A stretch of 64,000 bases of DNA, from NCBI GenBank assembly GCA_965205485.1, contig OZ242180.1:64001-128000 (forward strand), read 5' to 3'. Numbering within the stretch: position 1 is the first letter of the stretch; every line of letters starts with the position of its first letter. The notes beneath the pieces are model-generated. The model worked only from the letters and a program-made list of their open reading frames with translations, was not told the DNA's origin and did not search any database. The DNA is from Candidatus Latescibacterota bacterium. Its GTDB lineage: Bacteria > Latescibacterota > UBA2968 > GCA-2709665. The position numbers were made by a program, and so were the translations under genes. Below are positions 56,034 through 64,000 of this stretch, one piece after another.

Positions 56034-56413
56034 GTTCCGTCGGGTTTAACGGATGCGATTGAGGAAAACTCGCCGCTATTTCCAACCGCCACACCACACG
56101 GGCGGTTCCCGAACCGCCCCTACAACAATCGGCGATGGCCGTTGTTGAAATCGTCGTCGAGGAACACGCGCAATTGGTCCGCCGATACAACCGCTACGTC
56201 CATGACCGCAGATCCGTCGGGTTCAAGGGATACGATTGAGGAAAACTCGCCGCTGTTTTCAACCGCCACACCAAACGGGCGGTTCGCGAACCGCCCCTAC
56301 AACAATCGGCGATGGCCGTTGTTGAAATCGTCGTTGAGGAACACGCGCAATTGGTCCGCCCATACAACCGCTACATCCATAACCGCAGATCCGTCAGGCT
56401 CAAGGGATACGAT
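56034..56413 (+). repeat. 177-bp tandem duplication containing a REP and the RAYT 5' end
   Basis: Unit starts at 56034, 56211 and (partial) 56388. Confidence 0.92.
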
Positions 56414-56923
56414 TACACTAAGCCAGGCGCTTATTTCGTTACCGTCGTGACACGCGATCGCAAGTCCTGGTTCGGCGATGTCATAGACGGAGAAATGCAA
56501 TTGAACAACATGGGACAACTGGTAACAAACGCATGGGAATCGATTGCAACACAATATTCGTACGTCAAAATGGACGCTTACATTCTCATGCCGAACCACT
56601 TGCACGGCATTATCGTGACCACAGAGCAAGACACTGATCATGCGAAGAAATCCGTGCCGTCCCGCAAGTCGCTGGGGCGGCTGATTGGAGCGTTCAAGAC
56701 AATGTCGACCAATCGGGTCAACCTTAATCATAGAACACCCGGTCGGACTCTATGGCAGCGCGGCTTCTACGATCATGTCATCCGAAACGACGGAGAACGG
56801 AACCGGATTCGAGAGTATATCGTCCACAATCCCAAAACGTGGCAATCCGATCTTGAGAACCCCTATGCCGTTAAGAAAGACCCCGATCTACCGCGCAACG
56901 CACAGTGGGGACAACTATCATGA
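56312..56923 (+). CDS. REP-associated tyrosine transposase (RAYT, HUH Y1)
   Basis: RRSVRLKGYDY, YFVT, MPNHLH, WQRGFYDHVIR, YIVHNP. Confidence 0.93.
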   Translation: MAVVEIVVEEHAQLVRPYNRYIHNRRSVRLKGYDYTKPGAYFVTVVTRDRKSWFGDVIDGEMQLNNMGQLVTNAWESIATQYSYVKMDAYILMPNHLHGIIVTTEQDTDHAKKSVPSRKSLGRLIGAFKTMSTNRVNLNHRTPGRTLWQRGFYDHVIRNDGERNRIREYIVHNPKTWQSDLENPYAVKKDPDLPRNAQWGQLS

Positions 56924-57076
56924 CCGGTCATACCACTGCCCCTCCGGAATGACGCAACCCCAAACCACGCGTGTCGACCGTGTCCTGTACGAATCATTTT
57001 GAACCGTATTATACATTCTTCCAATGCGTTTCATGACGCGTACAGTAAACGGAATCCCTTCGGGAACCATTACGAT

Positions 57077-57100
57077 GTAGGGGCGGTTCGAGAACCGCCC
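57077..57100 (+). repeat. GTAG-type REP; inverted copies at 56100-56123 and 56277-56300
   Basis: GTAG-GGGCGGTTC-GA-GAACCGCCC-like hairpin on both sides of RAYT. Confidence 0.9.
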
Positions 57101-57316
57101 GATTGTCATCAGCAATGTCACGGAAATCAGTGTCGTAAAATGCGACAGTCGTATCGACGAGATGGCATGCCGGTTTTTCCGACATTCCGGTCAATATTCC
57201 ATCTTCCCAAAAGACGGCCGGGGGCGTATATTCGATAGCGGGGACGGATAAGGGCATCCGATACGGTACCTGCGGGATCTGAAACGGCATTCAACGAATT
57301 GAAGGGATATGCAGAG

Positions 57317-58303
57317 ATGGCTCATCTAACTGAAGCGCAGGTCGCGGAGTTCGAGGCGCAGGGGTATCTGGTCGTCAGAGGTCTGTTTGACCCCGAAGAG
57401 GACCTGGATCCGGTGATCGAGGAGTACGCCGGTGTTCTGGACCGTCTTGTATGGGAACTGTACGAAAACGGAGACATTGCTTCGACGTACGATGACCTGC
57501 CGTTCGGCGACCGGCTGACGAAGGTCTACGTGGAGTCGGGCAAGGTGCACGCCCAGTATTTCGACTTTTCGCTGCCGCAGAAGAACGTCCAGGCGGATAC
57601 GCCGATGTGGGTGGGACCGGAGGTTTTCCGGCTATTGCGAAATGAGAAGCTGCTGGATGCCGTGGAATCCCTGATCGGTCCCGAGATCTATTCCAATCCC
57701 GTGCAGCACGTCCGCCTGAAACCGCCGGAGCACCTGTGTCCGGTCAACGATGCGGGGCGCGTTCAGCTGGGCGCCACGCCCTGGCACCAGGATACGGGCG
57801 TTGTGAGGCCCGAAGCCGACGAGACGAATATGCTGACCGTGTGGTTCGGCCTGTGGGACGCGACAATCGAGAACGGCTGCCTGGAGGTCATTCCCGGGAG
57901 CCATCGGGAGGGACTGCTGCATCACTGCCACGCGACCGCCACGATGTCACGGGGATTCGGCCTGCAGATTCCGGACCGCCTTCTGCGCCAGGGAGACGGC
58001 GTGGTGCTTCCCATGAAACGGGGGGACGTGTTATTCTTCCACCGGCTGAACTGCCATTCGTCGCTGCCGAATAACAGCGACAATATTCGCTGGAGCTTCG
58101 ACCTGCGCTACAACCCCATCGGCCAGCCCACGGGGCGCGGGTCGTTTCCGGGATTCATCGCCCGCAGCCGCTCGAATCCGGAAAGCGAACTGCACGACCC
58201 TGAGGAGTGGGCGAGGCTGTGGCACGAGGCGAGAAGCAGGCTGGCCAGAAGCGCGGATCCGACGTACAATCGTTGGAAGGTGGACGATCCGGTCTGTGCG
58301 TGA
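57317..58303 (+). CDS. Phytanoyl-CoA dioxygenase (PhyH) family Fe(II)/2OG oxygenase
   Basis: TPWHQD, ENGCLEVIPGSH, GDVLFF..H.S..N.S..IR. Confidence 0.92.
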   Translation: MAHLTEAQVAEFEAQGYLVVRGLFDPEEDLDPVIEEYAGVLDRLVWELYENGDIASTYDDLPFGDRLTKVYVESGKVHAQYFDFSLPQKNVQADTPMWVGPEVFRLLRNEKLLDAVESLIGPEIYSNPVQHVRLKPPEHLCPVNDAGRVQLGATPWHQDTGVVRPEADETNMLTVWFGLWDATIENGCLEVIPGSHREGLLHHCHATATMSRGFGLQIPDRLLRQGDGVVLPMKRGDVLFFHRLNCHSSLPNNSDNIRWSFDLRYNPIGQPTGRGSFPGFIARSRSNPESELHDPEEWARLWHEARSRLARSADPTYNRWKVDDPVCA

Positions 58304-58541
58304 GCGCAGAGTGCGGGACGGGAACGCCAATCGCGAGACGATTGTCGCCGATAGCTTGTTTTACGACGTTGCCGGGCGTACGGCTGACGAAATTGAACCC
58401 GAATCCATCCTGTCGGGGATTCTGAGTACGATACATAGACGGTACTGCGTCACTTAGATCCATTCCACCGCAGCACAGACCTTTCGAGGTTGTTCGAACT
58501 ACCCCTCCTTCGGAATCAAAATATCCCACCTGATAGCCAGC

Positions 58542-60641
58542 TTACTCCCCCGCGGACTTTCCAAAGTCCTTCGCGAAGATCAGGAAGTCCGAGAATCCCA
58601 CCTCGCCATCACCATCCAGGTCGTATCGTGAGTCGTAGCCCAGGTCGCCCAGGCTTGACCCGAAATTCGCCGCGAATTGAATGTAGTCGGGAAAGCCAAT
58701 GGCGCCATCGCCATCGAAATCGGGATCGGGCGTTTGGGAAACCCGGTATGGGGTAAGATCCCAGACCAGAATCGTGCCATCGTAAGATCCCGACGCGAGG
58801 GCCTTTCCGTCGGGCGTAAACAACACGCTGGAGACCCAGCTATTGTGTCCTTCGAAAATTGCGATGATTTCGCCCGTGGACATGTCGTATAGCCTCACAA
58901 GGTCTTCACTTGTTCCTACGGCGAACATCGTCCTGTCCGGGGAGAATGCCACGCAATTGGGCCATCTTGCATTATGCGTGGCAGTGGTCAGGCCTGTCCC
59001 AAGGTCCCACACGCTGACGAAATCGTCGCGTGAACCGGCAGCCAGTGCTGTTCCATCCCTCGAAAAAGCCATCGAAAAAACCCTCAAGGAATGTCCTTCA
59101 AGGTCGTGGGTGGTGGTTCCAGTCGCTACGTCCCACAGTCTGATCCCGCCGTCGCCTGTTCCGGCTGCCAGTGTGTTTCCATCCGGCGAAAAAAGCAAGG
59201 ACGTGACCGACGCATTCAGGCCCGTCCACCTGTCGATATTGCTTACAGTTTTCGGAATCCAGAGGTAGACGTTTCCCTTGACATCCCCCGAAGCGAGCTT
59301 CGTCCCATCGGGTGAAAATGTCACAGGTCCGACATCGAATCTGTGCGGGAGTATATTGGAGCTGCTGTGTGTGTCCATGTTCCATAGCCGAACCGTGCCG
59401 TCCTGTGATGCGGACGCAAGGGTGCTTCCATCGGGCGAAAAGGACAACGAATTGATCCGACCGTACCCGTGCCCCACAAGGGCTGCGTCCCTGCGCCCCG
59501 TAGCCGCGTCCCAGATATTGGCGATCCCGTGGTACGCATCGGAATGGGAAGCCAGCGTGGCGCCGTCCGGCGAAATCGCCAGTGTCGAAACCACACCCAG
59601 GTGGCCGGAAATCGTCGTGAAATTCCCGCTCCTGTAGTCCCATAGTGAGACGTCTCCATCATCCGAGGCGGTTGCGAGGATCGCGCTATCGGGCGAATAC
59701 GCAATCGCGCGTACCTCGCCTCGATGCCGATCGAACGTGGCGATTTTTAGCCCCGTGCGTGCATCCCAGATTGGGACCGAGCCATTGAAAGTCCCGTAGG
59801 CGAGCGTGGCGCCATCAGGAGAAAACGCGACACACAGTGGCTGCCACCCGTTATCCAGAGGGGGCGCGGCTATCGTGCGTGTCGCGACGTCCCATAAACG
59901 GACCGTTCCGTCACCTGAACCCGAAGCCAGTTTTCTTCCGTCCGGTGAGAAGGATACGGTTCGGACTTCCCTCTCGTGGCCCTCAAGGGTGGCGATCCTG
60001 GTACGCGTCGCAACGTCCCACAGCTGAACCGCATTTTCGTCACGCAAAGCGGTCGCAAGGGTCCTCCCGTCCGGTGAATAGGCCATCGAGATGCCGAAGA
60101 GCCAGTTTCCCACGTTTCCCTGGAGTTCAGTAGAGGTGAGTGTTCCGGTGGCCGGATCCAACCGTTCGAGTATTCCGCTACCAGAGGGAAAAATGAAGGA
60201 TTTGCCGTCTGGAGATGGCACGAGATATTCTATCACCGAACTCTGAGCGGCGAAGGTAAAGGTTGTAATATTGGATGCCGTTGCGACGTCCCAGAGCCTC
60301 ACGTCTGCATATTCCCCCAGTCTGCCACCAGAGGCAAGCGTGGCGCCATCGGACGAAAAGGATAAGGAACTCACACTCCCTGAAGGCAGGAGCGCGACTG
60401 CTTCAAGATTCTCCACGGTGTAGAGCCATACGCCGGTGCCACTGGCTACAGCAAGGAGTTTTCCGTCAGGCGAAAAAGCGACGGCCCGGTCCGAACCGCC
60501 AATTCTTCCCTTCCCCATACGAAGTGTGGCACCTCGTGGCAAGTGCCAGGTCGGAAAGTCTTCGGAAGCGTAGACGTCCTGATGAAAAGGCGGTTGCAGG
60601 CAGACAAGAATAAGAACGATCGCACAAGCGAGATGCCTCAT
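58542..60641 (-). CDS. Secreted WD40-repeat protein with dockerin/EF-hand-like tail
   Basis: Signal peptide; many FSPDG..LAS...WD repeats; DFDGDGAIGFPD / DLDGDGEVGFSD. Confidence 0.92.
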   Translation of the reverse strand: MRHLACAIVLILVCLQPPFHQDVYASEDFPTWHLPRGATLRMGKGRIGGSDRAVAFSPDGKLLAVASGTGVWLYTVENLEAVALLPSGSVSSLSFSSDGATLASGGRLGEYADVRLWDVATASNITTFTFAAQSSVIEYLVPSPDGKSFIFPSGSGILERLDPATGTLTSTELQGNVGNWLFGISMAYSPDGRTLATALRDENAVQLWDVATRTRIATLEGHEREVRTVSFSPDGRKLASGSGDGTVRLWDVATRTIAAPPLDNGWQPLCVAFSPDGATLAYGTFNGSVPIWDARTGLKIATFDRHRGEVRAIAYSPDSAILATASDDGDVSLWDYRSGNFTTISGHLGVVSTLAISPDGATLASHSDAYHGIANIWDAATGRRDAALVGHGYGRINSLSFSPDGSTLASASQDGTVRLWNMDTHSSSNILPHRFDVGPVTFSPDGTKLASGDVKGNVYLWIPKTVSNIDRWTGLNASVTSLLFSPDGNTLAAGTGDGGIRLWDVATGTTTHDLEGHSLRVFSMAFSRDGTALAAGSRDDFVSVWDLGTGLTTATHNARWPNCVAFSPDRTMFAVGTSEDLVRLYDMSTGEIIAIFEGHNSWVSSVLFTPDGKALASGSYDGTILVWDLTPYRVSQTPDPDFDGDGAIGFPDYIQFAANFGSSLGDLGYDSRYDLDGDGEVGFSDFLIFAKDFGKSAGE

Positions 60642-60743
60642 AGCCTGGCTCCTTTCTCAATCGATACCGGTCGCGCGACGGCGAGAAAGTGATTCGCGGC
60701 GACGTCAATGCAAACTGAATGTAAAATTCCCTCGTTAACAAAC

Positions 60744-63215
60744 CTAATTCGCTGCGGTACTTCCGAAGTGTTCAGTCAGGATAAGCAAATCCGCCAGGTC
60801 GACGGTGCCGCTGCCATCCAGGTCGCAGTCGGGATCGTCTGTGCCGAAGGCCTTCGCGAGGAGAGCGAAGTCGGAAAAGTCGATCTTGCCGTCGTCATTC
60901 AAATCGGGCGAGACCTCAGCGATAGCGGTGAAAAGCACGGCGTCGAGTCCGGGAACTTCTGCCGTGACCTTGATTGCCCCGCGATCGGGGCCCAGAGTCA
61001 AGGTAGTTGAGGCCCTGCCCGTCGAGTCGGCGGTCGCATTCGCCATGGTGAGGGCGCCATTTCCTTCGGTGACCGAGAAGGCGACCGGAACGTCTCCCAA
61101 AGGTTGCCCATACTGGTCTCGTATCTCGACGATCAAGGCGCCGGGAAGACGCACGCCCGGCCTGTCCTTCTGCCCGTCGCCCGAGACGACCGTCAAAGCC
61201 GACGGACGCGGCTGCCATGCCACGGCGTCCCACAATTCGAGTCCCCTCCCGGTCCCGGAGGCAAGGGTCCTGCCATCGGGCGAGAAGGCAATGACAACGA
61301 CACCTCCTTTGTGCGCCAGAGAGTCGATCTGGGATCGTGTTGCCACGTGCCATAGTCTGACCAACTCATGGGACCCGCACGCGAGTATCGCGCCGTCAGG
61401 CGAGAACGCCATCGGTTTCCCGCCCAGTTTATTGTAGAATGTGGCGAGATGACGCCTGGTCCGAACATCCCAAAGCTTGACGGTACCGTCCCATCCTGCC
61501 TTGGTTGCAAGTGTCGCGCCGTCTGGCGGTGAGAAGGCGATGGCGCCGACCCAGCCGGAATGCCCTTCCCAACGTGTCATGTGTTCGCCTGTCTTCGGGT
61601 CCCAATAGTGTACAGTTCCTTCCGCGGAAGCGGTTACCAGCCTCATCCCATCGGGCGAAAACGCCAAGGAAGATACCTCGGCATCATGGTCAAGGTTGGC
61701 GAAATTCTCCTGGGTCGCCAGGTTCCAGAGCTTCACCGTGGTTCTTCCCGAAACACCCGCCAGAACACCGCCATCAGTCGGTGAGAAGGCTACTGACTTG
61801 AAGCTGGAGTTTCCCCAGAGTTCTACCTCGAAGGTCAGGGTGTTGGCTCCCGTGGACACATCCCAGAGTTTGACCGTGGTATTGTGATGTGTGGCAAGCG
61901 TAGACCCGTCCGGCGAGACCGCAACCCCCAGGGCCGAGTGTTCCGCTCCAAAGCTCGTAATGGTCTCTCGGGTCTGCAAGTCCCAGGATTTGACCGCTTC
62001 GTAATCAGCTGCATAGACCAATACTCCCGTGGAGGGCGAATACGCCAGCGCGTTGATCTGGGTCTCCTCGATGGAGGCGATATGTTGTTCGGAAATCTGA
62101 TGCAGCGGTATATATAGATTGGATACCCTGCCGGAACTGTCGACGACCCACAATTGCGTCCTGTGTGTAATGGGACTGGAAAGACTCGTGCGGTCATTGG
62201 AGGGAATCAAGCCGTCGTAGTCGAATTCAACGTGCACAGCAGGTTCGCCGGAAAAGGATCGGCACGCCTTGACTTCAGGGTAACCGCAGGCGCCGTGCCC
62301 ATACGTTGTCTTCGTGTAGAGAATAACCTGGCGGAGCCCTTGCGCGTTATTGAATCTGGCTCTGATCGGGATGCTCCCGGACCCTTCAGGATAGGCGAGG
62401 GGCGAGAGGAGGTCGATCGTCGTTGAAGGTGTCCGCTGCGTTACCAAAACACCGTCGTTGAAAAAGCCGCGTATCGACAGGAACTCGGCTGCGCAGGCGG
62501 AAAGCCTGGACCGGTTGCCCCCGCCGTAGGACATGATATATTCGTCGTCTCTGAAGTCGTGCTCAAGCTCGAAGGCGTGGCCGAGTTCGTGGGCTAACAG
62601 TCTCCAGGAAAACGAACTCGGAACCAGCACCGAAGCGAAGGATTGATCGCCTTCACTGGACAGGTAGGTTACACCGCCTGCCGGGCCGCCCAGAAAAGGT
62701 ACTGTATCGGAACCGAAGTCGCGGACAATAATTTCAACTCGCGATCGTCCAAGGGCTTGCCAGGTTTCTCCTCGGTCGTCAGAGCTATTGTAATAGTGTG
62801 CAGCAGGGTGTTTGCCATCCATACGATGGACCAAAGGCTCACCCTGTGAATCGGTCTCGAATGTAAAGGTCCGATTGCCGTGGCCATGCCTTTCCATCTC
62901 TGACGCGAAAAGGCGCTGAATCTGCAGGATCGTACTCTTCATCGATTCGACGACCTCGGGGCGAAAGGGACGGTCATTGGGCAGGAAATAGACCAATCGC
63001 ACCGTGTTAGGGACGTCCTCATCCAGAAACGATGGCTTTGCGGCGCCAGTGAAGTCTGTGTCTCGGGTATCGATAACCCGACAAAACGCCACGCCCTCCG
63101 CCCCCGTGTTGATCGTGGCGGCATGTCCCTTCGACATCCACGCGAGGAATGTGATGGCCAGTACAATCCACCCTGAGATGTGGGTCACTGTATGACTTTT
63201 CATCGCTCGCCTCAC
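60744..63215 (-). CDS. Secreted zinc-peptidase + WD40 + Big-1-like Ig + dockerin-like protein
   Basis: HELGHAFELEH..YIMSY; WD repeats; SGDGQ..DQYG.P; paired DxxxDG loops. Confidence 0.88.
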   Translation of the reverse strand: MRRAMKSHTVTHISGWIVLAITFLAWMSKGHAATINTGAEGVAFCRVIDTRDTDFTGAAKPSFLDEDVPNTVRLVYFLPNDRPFRPEVVESMKSTILQIQRLFASEMERHGHGNRTFTFETDSQGEPLVHRMDGKHPAAHYYNSSDDRGETWQALGRSRVEIIVRDFGSDTVPFLGGPAGGVTYLSSEGDQSFASVLVPSSFSWRLLAHELGHAFELEHDFRDDEYIMSYGGGNRSRLSACAAEFLSIRGFFNDGVLVTQRTPSTTIDLLSPLAYPEGSGSIPIRARFNNAQGLRQVILYTKTTYGHGACGYPEVKACRSFSGEPAVHVEFDYDGLIPSNDRTSLSSPITHRTQLWVVDSSGRVSNLYIPLHQISEQHIASIEETQINALAYSPSTGVLVYAADYEAVKSWDLQTRETITSFGAEHSALGVAVSPDGSTLATHHNTTVKLWDVSTGANTLTFEVELWGNSSFKSVAFSPTDGGVLAGVSGRTTVKLWNLATQENFANLDHDAEVSSLAFSPDGMRLVTASAEGTVHYWDPKTGEHMTRWEGHSGWVGAIAFSPPDGATLATKAGWDGTVKLWDVRTRRHLATFYNKLGGKPMAFSPDGAILACGSHELVRLWHVATRSQIDSLAHKGGVVVIAFSPDGRTLASGTGRGLELWDAVAWQPRPSALTVVSGDGQKDRPGVRLPGALIVEIRDQYGQPLGDVPVAFSVTEGNGALTMANATADSTGRASTTLTLGPDRGAIKVTAEVPGLDAVLFTAIAEVSPDLNDDGKIDFSDFALLAKAFGTDDPDCDLDGSGTVDLADLLILTEHFGSTAAN

Positions 63216-63390
63216 TTTCTTGGCCTGCGGGCCTTGACTATTGTGTTTCCTACCTGTCGCGTATTCCTGATTGAGTTTGAGCCTGGATTACAGATGAACT
63301 GAAAGCTCGGGTAAAGAGGCGATGTACGTTTAGTACCACCGTTTGCCAGCCGAATTCCAACAATTTCGAGCTAACCCACCTCACAATAGC

Positions 63391-64000
63391 CTAATTCCCC
63401 GAGGTTTTCCCAAAATTCTTCGCGAATATCAGGAAGTCCGAGAATCCCACCTCGCCGTCACCATCCAGGTCGAACTGGGCGTTATAACCCAGGTCACCGA
63501 GACTCAATCCGAAACGAGAGGCAAAGTGAGCGAAGTCGGCAAAGTCCACGGCGCCATCGCCGTTGAAGTCAGGGTCGGGGGTGCGAGAAACGCGGTACGG
63601 CGCCAGGTCCCACAGCAGGATGGTTCCGTCATAAGATCCCGATGCAAGCGTCCATCCATGGGGAGAAAACAACATGCTCCTGACGATGTCTTTGTGCCCT
63701 TCAAGATCGGCGATAATTTCCCCCGTGGATATGTCGTATAGCCTGACCAGCGTCCCCCTACTCGTCGCGAACATGGTCCTGTCCGGAGAGAATGCCGCGG
63801 AACGGCCTGTCCTGTCTTGCAATGGCGCGGTGGCGGCACCCGTCGCCAGGTCCCACACCTTGAGGATACCGTGGGCTGGAGCGGTAGCCATTCGCGCCCC
63901 ATTCTGTGAAAAGGCCATTGAGACAATCCGTTCAGCATGCCCGCCAAGGTCATGGGTGGTGGCGCCGGTGCTAACGTCCCACAGCCTGACCTCTCCTTCG
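63391..64000 (-). CDS. WD40-repeat protein with dockerin-like tail (5' part outside window)
   Basis: C-terminus closely paralogous to 58542-60641. Confidence 0.9.
   Translation of the reverse strand, partial: EGEVRLWDVSTGATTHDLGGHAERIVSMAFSQNGARMATAPAHGILKVWDLATGAATAPLQDRTGRSAAFSPDRTMFATSRGTLVRLYDISTGEIIADLEGHKDIVRSMLFSPHGWTLASGSYDGTILLWDLAPYRVSRTPDPDFNGDGAVDFADFAHFASRFGLSLGDLGYNAQFDLDGDGEVGFSDFLIFAKNFGKTSGN

Noticed and set aside
56034..56413. Possible CRISPR array or DGR template/variable repeat
   Set aside because: Plain 177-bp tandem duplication; differences not confined to adenines; no reverse transcriptase
39905..57100. tRNA-integrated element with att sites
   Set aside because: No integrase, and I found no duplicate of the tRNA 3' end by eye

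Overview
64 kb of a high-GC diderm bacterial chromosome. WD40 proteins with dockerin/EF-hand tails, a lamin-tail protein and PhyH suggest Ca. Latescibacterota/Gemmatimonadota-like, possibly host-associated (inference). Layout: (i) 1-5.7 kb, AT-rich export locus: HlyD, ABC exporter, 105-aa orphan peptide, CPBP/Abi protease and TPR protein, broken up by IS256, an unclassified transposon-like gene and IS21 relics. (ii) 7.4-10 kb, REP-bounded patch of small ORFs. (iii) DMF-amidase-like gene divergent from aapJQMP. (iv) Intact core block: fabZ, skp, bamA, clpC, lolD, lysS, prfB (+1 frameshift), lolA, ftsK, tsaD, XPB helicase, DGGGP-synthase-like UbiA, ligA, tRNA-Ala(GGC). (v) Defence island after the tRNA: a type I R-M operon whose hsdS-hsdR gap holds PIN, HEPN and Mrr genes plus two tandem TIR + 3-TM membrane protein modules, separated by degenerate hsdS-tail and hsdR-head relics; then an orphan, a UDG-superfamily gene and a RAYT transposase with REPs. 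(vi) PhyH and three secreted WD40 paralogs. The best candidate new system is the duplicated TIR + membrane-effector module and the stacked cassette architecture inside the R-M locus. All family calls come from motif recognition by eye; no searches were run.
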